This document shows positions 46,715 to 55,693 of a DNA stretch of 64,000 bases, one piece after another (the first letter of the stretch is position 1; the number at the start of each line of letters is the position of its first letter). The notes below the pieces were generated by a model. It was given only the letters and a program-made list of their open reading frames with translations, was not told the DNA's origin and ran no database searches. The position numbers were made by a program, and so were the translations under genes. The DNA lies in assembly GCA_964437455.1 (NCBI GenBank), contig CAYTGG010000001.1, positions 20,930-84,929 of the forward strand, given 5' to 3'. The DNA comes from Candidatus Woesearchaeota archaeon (GTDB taxonomy: Archaea; Nanobdellota; Nanobdellia; Pacearchaeales; GW2011-AR1).

Positions 46715-47191
46715 ATGAAATATGTAAAAAAAAGAGATTTAGTAATAATTGGCATTCTTTTAATACTAATTCTTGTTCTAACTATTTTGGTAGTTGATTA
46801 TTCTAAAACTTATTTTTCTAGATCAACAGGAGTTGATTTTGATGGAGATGTTGAATTTAATGAATTTCTCTTAGAAAAAGATATTTCTTCTAATGATTCC
46901 TCCTCTTTTAAAGATAAAGTGATTAGTTATGGATGGATTAATGATTCTATTCTTGAAATCAATGCTTCTTTATTTCTTGTTTGTGGTTGTGAGAAGATTA
47001 AAAAAGTTAATTATATGATTTACTCTGATAAAAATTCTCTAAATAAACTTGCTATTTATTATGAAACTTTTATTGATAATGAGGAATCATGTGCAAATTG
47101 TGTTCTTCCACATGGAATTAGATTTAGAGTAAGAGATATTTCAAAAGAAGATTATGACATAATTTTAGTAAAATTTCATGAATCATCTTGA
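46715..47191 (+). CDS. N-terminally anchored extracytoplasmic Cys-containing protein, hypothetical
   Basis: TM ILLILILVLTILVV then a soluble domain with CGCEKIKK...CANC. Confidence 0.35.
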   Translation: MKYVKKRDLVIIGILLILILVLTILVVDYSKTYFSRSTGVDFDGDVEFNEFLLEKDISSNDSSSFKDKVISYGWINDSILEINASLFLVCGCEKIKKVNYMIYSDKNSLNKLAIYYETFIDNEESCANCVLPHGIRFRVRDISKEDYDIILVKFHESS

Positions 47192-47234
47192 GATATAAAA
47201 TTTCTTTATAATCATCTATCTAAAATTTTGGAAA

Positions 47235-47669
47235 TTATTGAATTTCAAGAATTTTTACTTTAAAATTTAAATTTTCTCCTGCTAAAGGATGATTTAAATC
47301 AATTGTAATATTCTCTTCTGTAACTTCTGTAACTTTTACTGGAACCTGATTTCCTTGAGGAGTTTGTAATCCTAAAATACTTCCAGACTTAACTTTTTCT
47401 CTTGCTTCTTCAGGAAGCTGTTGCTTTGGTACTTTTTGAATCAATTCTTGTTTTCTTTCACCATAAGCATCTTTAGATTCAATTTTTATTTCTTTTTCTT
47501 GTCCCTCTTCCATTTCTTTAATGGCATTCTCAAATCCTGGAATAACTTTTCCTTCTCCAATTGTAAATTCTAAAGGCTGTCCGTGTCTCTCAGAGCTATC
47601 AAAAACTTCTCCACTATCTAATTTACCTTCATATTCAATCTTAATTTTTCTTCCGTTTTCTATAGTCAT
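47235..47669 (-). CDS. FKBP-type peptidyl-prolyl cis-trans isomerase (SlyD-like, with IF insert)
   Basis: KIEYEGKLDSGEVFDSS...PLEFTIGEGKVIPGFENAIKEM...LAGENLNFKV. Confidence 0.85.
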   Translation of the reverse strand: MTIENGRKIKIEYEGKLDSGEVFDSSERHGQPLEFTIGEGKVIPGFENAIKEMEEGQEKEIKIESKDAYGERKQELIQKVPKQQLPEEAREKVKSGSILGLQTPQGNQVPVKVTEVTEENITIDLNHPLAGENLNFKVKILEIQ

Positions 47670-47793
47670 TTTAATACTTTAATAAACAAAAAGAACTTGT
47701 TTATACTAAAACCAAAAAAAAGAGTCTTTTAAATTTTTTGGTTTTCATATTTTTAAATTAAAAAATCTATAAAATAAAATTAATATTTATAAT

Positions 47794-48831
47794 TTATAAT
47801 TTTAAATACTTAAACTTTAATAAAAATAAAAATTCATCTTCTTTTTCATCATCTGAACGATAAGATGTTTCAAAAGAAAAATTTTTAGCTTTAGATATTT
47901 CCTTTACAAAATTAAGATTAAAACCCATCTTTTTAATCTTCCATGAATAAGAAGTTTCTAATTCAAATTCTAATTTTGGATTTATCTTATAATTCATTAC
48001 TATTTTATTGTAATTGTCTTTTCTATCAAAATTATATTCATTTTTTGCTAAAATTGAGAGTTTATTCTTTAGAAAATTCTTTTTTGCTTCAAGATTTATT
48101 TCATCATTCATAAAATTAAATGATAATGATGGACTTATATTTCTATATTTTAGAGAAGTATAAAAGTTTATATCATATTTTCTTATTTTTAATAAATCTT
48201 CTAACTTCTCTGGAGGATTTTCTATATTAAATCCTGTCTCTAATCTAAATTCTAGATTCTTCTTTTTTTCATTTTCTTCTAGTTCTAATCTTTTTTTATT
48301 TGCAAGATAAAACAAACCCATTGATTCTAATTTATTGACTTCTTCATCTAATCTATCAATTTTAATATCAAGAGGATCTATCTTTCTATTTAGTGATATT
48401 GGGTTTATTTTCATTTTTTTTCCTTTTATTTTCTCTAATCCAATCGTGGTTATTCCTTTAATTTTTTCTTTAAGATTATTAAATATTTTTGTCTCTCTGA
48501 CAATTTCTCCAATAGTGTCTAAATAAGCTTCTTCAGTTGAGTCTTTTACTCTATCAATCCAGTTTTTAGTCATATCTGTTAAAGGAGTGTCTTTCTCTAA
48601 ACTATCTATTAATTGGAGAGGTATTTTTGGAATAACTCCATTTTCCCATAGGTTAATTCTAAATTCATAATCTAATTTTTTTCTGAATTTTTCTTTTAAA
48701 TTTTCTTCCTTTTTTGAATTCTGAGTTTCTAAATTATTAGTATTTTTAGAATAAATATAATCAGGATTTGAAAGAGAAATGATACTTGCTAATATCAAAG
48801 GCAAGATTATTTTATTAATATTTTTCATCAC
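47794..48831 (-). CDS. Secreted protein with signal peptide, a coiled-coil middle and a beta-strand-rich C-terminal region, hypothetical
   Basis: MMKNINKIILPLILASIISLS signal; alternating hydrophobic pattern at the C-terminus. Confidence 0.45.
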   Translation of the reverse strand: MMKNINKIILPLILASIISLSNPDYIYSKNTNNLETQNSKKEENLKEKFRKKLDYEFRINLWENGVIPKIPLQLIDSLEKDTPLTDMTKNWIDRVKDSTEEAYLDTIGEIVRETKIFNNLKEKIKGITTIGLEKIKGKKMKINPISLNRKIDPLDIKIDRLDEEVNKLESMGLFYLANKKRLELEENEKKKNLEFRLETGFNIENPPEKLEDLLKIRKYDINFYTSLKYRNISPSLSFNFMNDEINLEAKKNFLKNKLSILAKNEYNFDRKDNYNKIVMNYKINPKLEFELETSYSWKIKKMGFNLNFVKEISKAKNFSFETSYRSDDEKEDEFLFLLKFKYLKL

Positions 48832-48880
48832 TTAAGAATGATTAATCATCATTTATAAAGTTTTTTTATTAACCAACTTT

Positions 48881-49165
48881 TTAACTATAGAATTTATTCA
48901 TTGCTTCTTTAAGCTCTTTCTCTAAAAAGTATTTTCTTCTATGAAATATCTTTTTTTCTGATAAAATCTCTTTTGTATTTTCTAGATTTTTAATACCCTC
49001 TGATATTTCTGAGGAATATATTCCAGGAATTTCTTTTAAATCTTTCTTTGTTAATCCCTCATTATTTCTGTCATTATTAAATAAAGCATATGCTATGACA
49101 ATTCCTGGATTGGGTTTTGACCATACTTTTGGATTCTGTCTTTCAAATTCTTCTAAAATTCTCAT
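48881..49165 (-). CDS. Small soluble protein, hypothetical
   Basis: 94 aa, no recognisable motif. Confidence 0.3.
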   Translation of the reverse strand: MRILEEFERQNPKVWSKPNPGIVIAYALFNNDRNNEGLTKKDLKEIPGIYSSEISEGIKNLENTKEILSEKKIFHRRKYFLEKELKEAMNKFYS

Positions 49166-49344
49166 AAAATTACTCTTTACTTTATCTTTTTAATATTTTC
49201 GGTTTTCTTATTGATTATTAATATAAATCTTAGACTTGAATATTCTTCTGAAACTTTTATTTTTGTTAATAAGAGATTATCTTAGAGAAATAGAGATAGA
49301 AGTATTATTGAAAGATTTTTAAATAGTTATTTCTCTCTAAAAAA

Positions 49345-49584
49345 ATGGTAATAGAAAAAATTGAATTAGATAGATTAAGGAGTACTTATCCTAATCCTCC
49401 AAGAAATAGAATAGAACAAATAAAAGAACTTATCATAAAGGATAATTGTGTTGATTTAATTCCTCCTATTTTATGTAGTAAAAAGAATAAACTTCTTTAT
49501 ATACTTGATGGAAATAAAAGATTTCAAGCTGTAAAAGAATTAAAATCAAAATTTAATTTTAATTATATGTGGGCAGAATATTAA
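49345..49584 (+). CDS. ParB/Srx-like N-terminal domain mini-protein
   Basis: LLYILDGNKRFQAVKEL resembles the ParB-N y.iidGhhR..A motif; 79 aa. Confidence 0.35.
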   Translation: MVIEKIELDRLRSTYPNPPRNRIEQIKELIIKDNCVDLIPPILCSKKNKLLYILDGNKRFQAVKELKSKFNFNYMWAEY

Positions 49585-49627
49585 TCTTTATAAAAATCTT
49601 TAAAAAGTATCTATAATTTTTTTTGTT

Positions 49628-50296
49628 ATGAAGATAGAGAATATTGAAATTAAATGGCTAGGACATTCTGGTTTTTTAATTAAAAATTCTCAAATTATTT
49701 ATATAGATCCTTATAACATTAAAAATGGTCTTGAAAAGGCAGATCTTATTTTAATAACACATAGTCATTATGATCATTGTAGCATTGCAGATATACAAAA
49801 GATAATAAAAGAAGGAACAAAGATAATTCTCCCTGCTGATGCTCAAAGTAAAGTAACTAGATTTAATATTCCAATTGAAATAGAAATTATAGAAGTAGGA
49901 CAAGAGATTTCTTTTAATGGAATTAAGGTTTCTGCTTTTCCTGCTTATAATATAGACAAACCTTTTCATCCAAAAGAAGAAGGTTGGATAGGATATATAC
50001 TAAAAATAGATAATATCTCTATTTATCATGCTGGAGATACAGATATAATTCCAGAGATGCAGAAACTTACTGGATATAAACAATCCGGAAAAAAGTTTAT
50101 TGCACTTTTACCTATAGGAGGAAGATTTACAATGAATGCAGAAGAGGCTGTAGAAGCTGTAAAAATAATAAAACCTTCTTTAGCTATTCCTATGCATTAT
50201 GGAAGTATTGTTGGAAATGAAGAAGATGCAAAAGAATTTCAAGAACTTTGCGAAGAGAAAGGATTTAATGTGATAATTCTAAAGAAAGAAGGATAA
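49628..50296 (+). CDS. MBL-fold metallo-hydrolase (UPF0173-like)
   Basis: LILITHSHYDHC (HxHxDH), HAGDTD, PMHYG. Confidence 0.8.
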   Translation: MKIENIEIKWLGHSGFLIKNSQIIYIDPYNIKNGLEKADLILITHSHYDHCSIADIQKIIKEGTKIILPADAQSKVTRFNIPIEIEIIEVGQEISFNGIKVSAFPAYNIDKPFHPKEEGWIGYILKIDNISIYHAGDTDIIPEMQKLTGYKQSGKKFIALLPIGGRFTMNAEEAVEAVKIIKPSLAIPMHYGSIVGNEEDAKEFQELCEEKGFNVIILKKEG

Positions 50297-50431
50297 TTTA
50301 AATATTAAAACACTACTATTTTCTAATCAAAATATTTTTAAAGAATGAGCTTTTTATTTTCTTGTAATATTAATTTGTGGGGGCAAATTAATATTAAGGT
50401 GAATGAATCTTTTTCTATTAGTGGAAAGTTT

Positions 50432-50457
50432 GTCAACTATTTAAATGTTTTGTTGAC
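50432..50457 (+). promoter_or_regulatory. Inverted repeat GTCAAC-N14-GTTGAC upstream of ftsZ (operator-like), followed by an AGGAGG Shine-Dalgarno motif at 50484-50489
   Basis: tttGTCAACtatttaaatgttttGTTGACggt about 45 nt upstream of the ftsZ ATG; an A/T-rich TATA-like core (tatttaaatg) lies inside the spacer. Confidence 0.4.
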
Positions 50458-50500
50458 GGTTTCTCTAGGATATATTGATTGAAAGGAGGAAAAAAAAGAA

Positions 50501-51580
50501 ATGGCATTAGATTTTGCGAGAGAAGCAATAGAAAATTTAGAAACCCATAGTATTAATTTTGACGAACTTAAAGCAGGAAAAGCTAACATAAAAGTTATTG
50601 GTACTGGTGGAATGGGCTGTAATGCTGTTACATGGTTATTCAATAAAGGAATTAATGGAGCAACAGTCTATGCAGTTAATACAGATGCTCTTCATCTGAG
50701 CGTTACAAAAGCAGACGAGAAAATTCTGATAGGTAGAGAATTAACCAAAGGATTAGGATGTGGAGGACTTCCAAAAAAAGGAAGAGAAGCTGCAAAAGAA
50801 GCTTTAGTTGATTTGAAAAAATCCACTTCTAGTTCTGACATGGTTTTTGTAATTGCAGGAATGGGTGGTGGAACTGGAACAGGTGCAGCTCCAGTAATTG
50901 CTCAATTGGCTAAAGAGACAGGAGCAGTTGTTATCGGAGTTGTTACTATGCCTTTTGAACAAGAAAAAGCAAGAATAGACAAAGCTGAGTTTGGATTACA
51001 AGAATTAAGAGAAGTAACAGATACTTGTATTGTTTTAGACAATAATAGGTTAGTAGATATTGCAGGACAATTACCAATAGAATCAGCTTTTGCAGTTGCT
51101 AATGAGTTAGTAAGTACAATGGTTAAAGGAATTGTTGAAACAATAACTCTACCAAGTTTAATCAATTTAGACTATGCAGATGTTTCTTCTATCATGAGAG
51201 GAGGAGGAGTTTCTGTAATTGGAATTGGTGAAGATGATTCCTCAGAAAGAGTTAATCAAGCAGTCCAGCAAGCTCTTACACATCCTCTACTTGACGTGGA
51301 TTATAGAGGTGCTCAGGGCGCTTTAGTACACATTACTTGTGGACCAGATTTAAAATTAGAGGAATTTGATGTGATAGGAAAAACAATTTCAGAAAACTTA
51401 AATTCAGAGGCACAAGTGATTATTGGTGCAAGAATCAATAAAGATTTTGTAGGAAAAGTTAGAGTTATAACAATAATGACTGGTGTAAAATCTCCCTTTA
51501 TTTTAGGAAAAGATTTTGAAGAAAAAGCATTACCTGCCTCAAAAGAAATTTCTGATTTGGGTATAGAAGTTTTAAGATAA
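50501..51580 (+). CDS. ftsZ: Cell division GTPase FtsZ
   Basis: GTGGMGCNAV, tubulin signature VIAGMGGGTGTGAAPVIA, T7 loop NLDYADV. Confidence 0.95.
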   Translation: MALDFAREAIENLETHSINFDELKAGKANIKVIGTGGMGCNAVTWLFNKGINGATVYAVNTDALHLSVTKADEKILIGRELTKGLGCGGLPKKGREAAKEALVDLKKSTSSSDMVFVIAGMGGGTGTGAAPVIAQLAKETGAVVIGVVTMPFEQEKARIDKAEFGLQELREVTDTCIVLDNNRLVDIAGQLPIESAFAVANELVSTMVKGIVETITLPSLINLDYADVSSIMRGGGVSVIGIGEDDSSERVNQAVQQALTHPLLDVDYRGAQGALVHITCGPDLKLEEFDVIGKTISENLNSEAQVIIGARINKDFVGKVRVITIMTGVKSPFILGKDFEEKALPASKEISDLGIEVLR

Positions 51581-51581
51581 C

Positions 51582-51625
51582 TTTGTTTTTTTATTCCGGG
51601 AGAAATCCCGGATTTTTATTTTATT
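51582..51625 (+). terminator. Hairpin plus T-tracts downstream of ftsZ
   Basis: tttgtttttttat-TCCGGGAgaaaTCCCGGA-tttttatttt. Confidence 0.5.
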
Positions 51626-51675
51626 AATAAAAAATTATTAAGAAGTTGAAGAGTTCTATTGAATCTATTATATTT

Positions 51676-52230
51676 TTAAACTTCTATTTTCTTTGGATTT
51701 TTCATCTTTTTGTTTCCGTATTCTTCAAAAAACAAAATTCTATCAATATCAATTTTCTCTCTTGGCATTCTTTTTTTATATTCATATCCAATAGGAAAAA
51801 TAGCTTCTACATTTAACTCTTTTGGAATCTTAAAAATTATCTTAATTTGATTTTCTACAAAATGACCTATCCAGCAAGTTGATAATCCTACTTCTTCAAT
51901 TTTTAACAAGAAATTTTGTATAGCTGCTCCTGCTTGTTGTCTACAATAGATTTTTCCTCTTTCTTTATAAGAATTTACTAATCTACTACAATCTGAGCAT
52001 ACAATCAATACATATTTTGCTTCATTGATAAAAGGTTGTTGAGATGCTTCTGCTATACTTCTTATCTTTTCTTCATTGTTTGTTAATATAAATTTTAAAG
52101 TATAATTCTTTCCCGCTATTGGAGCGTATCTGCAAGAGTCAATACATTCAATAATCTTTCTCCAATCAGGTTTTATATCTTTAAACTTTCTTACACTTTT
52201 TCTAGATTTAATTGTTTTATCTAAGTCCAT
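51676..52230 (-). CDS. Nitroreductase-family (NADH oxidase/FMN reductase fold) protein
   Basis: IKSRKSVRKF...RYAPIAGKNYTLKFI...CWIGHF. Confidence 0.75.
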   Translation of the reverse strand: MDLDKTIKSRKSVRKFKDIKPDWRKIIECIDSCRYAPIAGKNYTLKFILTNNEEKIRSIAEASQQPFINEAKYVLIVCSDCSRLVNSYKERGKIYCRQQAGAAIQNFLLKIEEVGLSTCWIGHFVENQIKIIFKIPKELNVEAIFPIGYEYKKRMPREKIDIDRILFFEEYGNKKMKNPKKIEV

Positions 52231-52260
52231 AAAAAATAAAAGAGAGAAGTATTAATAAAG

Positions 52261-52290
52261 TTTTTTAAAACGTCCCCGGTAGGACTCAAA
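52261..52290 (-). repeat. Partial duplicate of the tRNA-Asn 3' end (T-loop to discriminator plus 10 nt of 3' flank): a direct repeat with 52348-52376
   Basis: ttttttaaaaCGTCCCCGGTAGGACTCa versus tttttttaaaaCGTCCCCGGTAGGACTCg; about 28 bp of direct repeat separated by roughly 60 bp. Confidence 0.75.
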
Positions 52291-52309
52291 CTTGAAAACC
52301 TCCTGCGGG

Positions 52310-52345
52310 TTTTCTATCCAGCATCCATTCTTCGTCCAATTTATT
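52310..52345 (-). repeat. Second copy of the 36-nt element (AATAAATTGGACGAAGAATGGATGCTGGATAGAAAA) between tRNA-Asn and its partial duplicate
   Basis: 34/36 identity with 15265-15300; the homology extends upstream (ATTAATAAA). Confidence 0.6.
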
Positions 52346-52358
52346 AATTTTTTTAAAA

Positions 52359-52432
52359 CGTCCCCGGTAGGACTCGAACCTACGACACCACGGTTAACAG
52401 CCGTGCGCTCTGACCAACTGAGCTACGGGGAC
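52359..52432 (-). tRNA. tRNA-Asn(GUU)
   Basis: Reverse complement GTCCCCG-TA-GCTC-AGTTGGTCA-GAGC-G-CACGG-CTGTTAA-CCGTG-GTGTC-GTAGG-TTCGAGT-CCTAC-CGGGGAC-G. Confidence 0.85.
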
Positions 52433-52468
52433 ATAAATGAAATAAAAGATATTTGCTTTTAAAGTTTA

Positions 52469-52966
52469 TTATCTCAAACCTAAATCAAAAATTGGTTCTG
52501 GTCTATGTCTTTCTAGATATTTATAGACATTAGCTTGTTTAGAACCTTGTATTAGAGAGATTAAAGCATTTTGAGCATTTTTTATATTCTCTGCTGAACC
52601 TATAACTCCTACATTATTATCTTTTAATTCAAAGTTACATTCAGTTAGATTACTCATAGTGCTTAATGTTCTTCCTTTAGTTCCTATTATTCTTGCTCTT
52701 ACTCTTTCAAGATTTCTTTTAGTAGTATAATCTTTAATATTGATAACTTCAAATATAAAATCCTCTTTTTTTATTTTTAATGCTATAGAAAGAGGAAATC
52801 CAAAATTCAAAGATTCAATAACTTTTTCTGCAAGAAATTCATCTTTTGGTTCTCCTTCAATAGAAATCTCTTTTTCTTTATTATCAATCTTTATATTCAA
52901 CTTTTTTTCAAGTTGCTTTTTATTTTTTATTACTTTCTGAAATTCTTCACAATTTATTATTCTCAT
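52469..52966 (-). CDS. KH-domain RNA-binding protein (Dim2/Pno1-like, two KH domains)
   Basis: IIGTKGRTLSTMSNLTECNFEL (GxxG KH core) with a second degenerate KH; conserved aIF1A/aIF2-beta neighbourhood. Confidence 0.65.
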   Translation of the reverse strand: MRIINCEEFQKVIKNKKQLEKKLNIKIDNKEKEISIEGEPKDEFLAEKVIESLNFGFPLSIALKIKKEDFIFEVINIKDYTTKRNLERVRARIIGTKGRTLSTMSNLTECNFELKDNNVGVIGSAENIKNAQNALISLIQGSKQANVYKYLERHRPEPIFDLGLR

Positions 52967-53019
52967 AATAATATAAATCTCTATAAGTTTTTAAGTTTAG
53001 TTTTATTTATTAAAATTCA

Positions 53020-53358
53020 TTAAAATTCTACTTTCTCTTTATTTAGATAATTATTTCTTTTAAGCCACTCAATTTGACTTATTCTATACTTAAAGATTAT
53101 ATCTCCTTTGTTATCATCAAGATCCCAAGGTTGAACAATAACAATATCATTAGGACGAAGCCATAATTTTCTCTTTAATCTTCCAGGAACTCTACAATTT
53201 CTAGTTTTTCCATCCATACAACTAATTCCCATCCTATTTCCTCCCAATCTTTGTTCTATAATTCCTATTACTTCCTTTCCTCTTGGAAGTCTAGCTCTGG
53301 TTATAACATTTTCTTCTTTATCTTCTTCTTTATCTTCTTTTTCTTTAAATTCTTCCAT
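53020..53358 (-). CDS. eif1a: Translation initiation factor 1A (aIF1A/eIF1A)
   Basis: RLPRGKEVIGIIEQRLGGNRMGISCMDGKTRNCRVPGRLKRKLWLRPNDIVIVQPWD is the eIF1A OB-fold signature. Confidence 0.9.
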   Translation of the reverse strand: MEEFKEKEDKEEDKEENVITRARLPRGKEVIGIIEQRLGGNRMGISCMDGKTRNCRVPGRLKRKLWLRPNDIVIVQPWDLDDNKGDIIFKYRISQIEWLKRNNYLNKEKVEF

Positions 53359-53423
53359 AACTAAAGGAAAAATAACTAAGTTTATAAAGATAATTATAAA
53401 AATTTAATTTTTATATATAGAAA

Positions 53424-53720
53424 TTAAAATAAAACCATAGTAAAAGGAATATTCTGAATTTTTTTTATATCTTCTTCAGAGATTAAATTTTCTTTTAATG
53501 CTAAGTTTACAGACCTCTTTCCTATAATATTAAAAGTAGCATCTTCTCTACTCATGTCTCTTATTATTTTTTTAATCTCTTCTTCAGAATGCTTTTCTGT
53601 TCCAAAAAAATTTTCTTTAACTTCTATCTGAAGTTTTCCTTCTTCAAACTTTTTCCCTAAAATCTCAGAATCACATATTGCTACAATATTCCTATAAGAT
53701 TTGTGTATTCTAACAAACAT
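53424..53720 (-). CDS. DUF424-family protein
   Basis: VRIHKSYRNIVAICDSEILGKKFEEGKLQIEV...NIIGKRSVNLALKENLI matches archaeal DUF424. Confidence 0.55.
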   Translation of the reverse strand: MFVRIHKSYRNIVAICDSEILGKKFEEGKLQIEVKENFFGTEKHSEEEIKKIIRDMSREDATFNIIGKRSVNLALKENLISEEDIKKIQNIPFTMVLF

Positions 53721-53754
53721 ATTAAAAATAAAAATTATAAATTAATAAACTTTT

Positions 53755-53949
53755 TTAAAATCCTTTTTTAGCTTCACCTGACTGCATTGCTTTTTCTGCA
53801 TTTTCCTTTGACATCATAGCACAGACAGTAGTCTCAGAATGAATAGGACATTTTCCTTTTGCCATATATCCTCCTCTTGCAGTCTTGGTGATTACAGGAT
53901 CTTTCATTTCTACTTGTTTCTTACATTTCATACATCTTCCTTCTACCAT
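53755..53949 (-). CDS. Small zinc-ribbon protein
   Basis: CMKCKK...(20)...KGKCPIHSETTVC. Confidence 0.4.
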   Translation of the reverse strand: MVEGRCMKCKKQVEMKDPVITKTARGGYMAKGKCPIHSETTVCAMMSKENAEKAMQSGEAKKGF

Positions 53950-54025
53950 TTTTTTACTCCAAAATTTAATTAAAAAATTCCTAAGAATTTCATTCTATTT
54001 ATAATGAAAATTTGTTTTTAAAGAT

Positions 54026-54433
54026 TTAGATTTTTCCACGAACAGAATGTTTTGCTCCACAAGCTAAACAATGAAGAAATGTTAATCTACCTTCTTTTAT
54101 TAATTCTGTATCTGGCTTTCCACATTCTTTACATATAACAAATTCTTTTAGATATCTATTTATCTTTTCGTCTATTTTATCTCTTGAAACTTTCATATTC
54201 AATACTAATCTATCTCCTTCTCTATGTCCAGAAGCAGCCAATTCTTTTAGAATAAATTTCTGAAAGTTTTCAGGATCTCTCTTTAAATATGAAGCTATCT
54301 GAAAAAAATTAACTAAAATAGTTTTTTTTCCTTCAAAATGACCTTCAATTTTTGGAATTTCAAATCTTCCATTATTATTCTTTATTTCTTTTACTTCATG
54401 ATATGCTTTATCTAAAAGTTTTTCATATTCCAT
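54026..54433 (-). CDS. eif2b: Translation initiation factor 2 beta subunit (aIF2-beta)
   Basis: N-terminal helical domain, then a C2-C2 zinc ribbon VICKECGKPDTELIKEGRLTFLHCLACGA. Confidence 0.9.
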   Translation of the reverse strand: MEYEKLLDKAYHEVKEIKNNNGRFEIPKIEGHFEGKKTILVNFFQIASYLKRDPENFQKFILKELAASGHREGDRLVLNMKVSRDKIDEKINRYLKEFVICKECGKPDTELIKEGRLTFLHCLACGAKHSVRGKI

Positions 54434-54468
54434 ATTTTAATTTAATAGGGAGGATTTATAAATCTTTT

Positions 54469-55008
54469 ATGTCTTTTTTTAATATGCAAATAAAGAATAT
54501 AATTCTTGGAATAGCAATTATAATTTTAACAATATTTGTAACTGTTTATGGAATAAATATATTTTATCCTTCTGGAGAATATAAAGATTATTGCAAAGAT
54601 GATAAAATCTATGAAATAGCTGATACACAGCAGAAATGTGAAGATCTTGGAGGAAAATGGAGAAATTATGAATTTGTTAAAGAAAATGATAGTGTTGAAG
54701 GATATTGTGATAGAGATTATTTCTGCAGACAGGAATATGATAGTGCTAGAGAAATAAGAGCTAAAAAAATATTTTTTATCTCAGTTCCTTTAGGAGTTAT
54801 AATAATTATATTTGGAGGATTTCTTTTTCATTTAGAAGCTGTTGGTGCTGGTTTAATGGGAGGAGGAGTTGGAACAATAGTTTATGGCTCGGGAAATTAT
54901 TGGCAATACGGAGATAATTTGTTTAAATTTATTCTTTCTTTGTTAGGTTTAACAGCAGTAATATATTCTTCTTATTGGTTAAATAAAAAGTTCGAGAAGA
55001 AAAAATAA
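54469..55008 (+). CDS. Membrane protein with an extracytoplasmic Cys-rich loop, hypothetical (start moved to the internal Met to avoid overlap with eif2b)
   Basis: MSFFNMQIKNIILGIAIIILTIFV (TM1) ... YCKDD..C..LGG...YCDRDYFC ... TM2-3. Confidence 0.4.
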   Translation: MSFFNMQIKNIILGIAIIILTIFVTVYGINIFYPSGEYKDYCKDDKIYEIADTQQKCEDLGGKWRNYEFVKENDSVEGYCDRDYFCRQEYDSAREIRAKKIFFISVPLGVIIIIFGGFLFHLEAVGAGLMGGGVGTIVYGSGNYWQYGDNLFKFILSLLGLTAVIYSSYWLNKKFEKKK

Positions 55009-55054
55009 TTGAGAAAAAATAGATTTCTTTGAATAATCTGTTATAAAATTTCTT

Positions 55055-55681
55055 TTATCCTAACCATCTGACTTTTCCAGGATGAGGTTCAAAAATAATT
55101 CCTTCTTCTATAAATTTCTTTATCTCTTCATTTATTACTTCTGGAGAGATTTCTCTTAAATTCATAATCATATCCTCTATGTTAATTCCACCATCTTTCT
55201 CAGAATTTTTTATTACCTCTAAAATTCTATCTTTAGCAGCAACTTTTTCTTCTTTTGTAATATTTAAACTCTCTTTATTTCTTTTTTTCTCTATTTCTAA
55301 TTTTCTCAATAAAAGATATCTAGGATCTTTCTCTTTTATTATCTCTGGACTGATATAAACTTCATTATTAAATTCTCTTAATTTTCCTATTATTAATACT
55401 GTCTTACCTAGATTTTTATCTTTTATTTTTTCTACATCATCTCCAAAAATCTTTATTTTTATCTGTCCTGAGCCATCATCTAATGTTAAAAAAGAATATC
55501 TTTTTTCATCATTTTCATATTTATCTACTACATTTGCAATAACATTTACTCTTATTATTTTTTTATCTCCTAATTCTAAGAAAGAGAACCTTTCTCCCTC
55601 TGTTATTCTTCTTCCAGCTAAGATATCTCCTATTCTAAGTTTATATGCAACGCTTCTTTTGAATTTTTCTTGTTCTGACAT
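55055..55681 (-). CDS. OB-fold protein with C-terminal winged helix (RPA32/Stn1-like architecture), adjacent to MCM
   Basis: Beta-rich N-terminal region (IRVNVIANVVDKYENDEKRYSFLTLDDGSGQIKIKIFG...VLIIGKLREFNNEVYISPEII) then a helical C-terminal ...NIEDMIMNLREISPEVINEEIKKFIEEGIIFEP WH-like. Confidence 0.35.
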   Translation of the reverse strand: MSEQEKFKRSVAYKLRIGDILAGRRITEGERFSFLELGDKKIIRVNVIANVVDKYENDEKRYSFLTLDDGSGQIKIKIFGDDVEKIKDKNLGKTVLIIGKLREFNNEVYISPEIIKEKDPRYLLLRKLEIEKKRNKESLNITKEEKVAAKDRILEVIKNSEKDGGINIEDMIMNLREISPEVINEEIKKFIEEGIIFEPHPGKVRWLG

Positions 55682-55693
55682 TTTCTAAAACTT

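Noticed and set aside
47794-48831. Outer-membrane beta-barrel interpretation of the secreted 345-aa protein
   Set aside because: The C-terminal alternating pattern is suggestive, but DPANN-type archaea are not known to have an outer membrane and the protein ends in Leu rather than an aromatic residue; left as a generic secreted protein.
52261-52345. A second complete tRNA gene next to tRNA-Asn
   Set aside because: Only the T-loop/acceptor 3' strand is present with no matching 5' acceptor strand or anticodon arm; it is a partial duplication, not a gene.
54352-54468. Long N-terminal extension of the 218-aa plus-strand ORF
   Set aside because: It overlaps the 5' end of the aIF2-beta gene on the other strand; the internal Met at 54469, followed directly by a TM helix, is the more plausible start.
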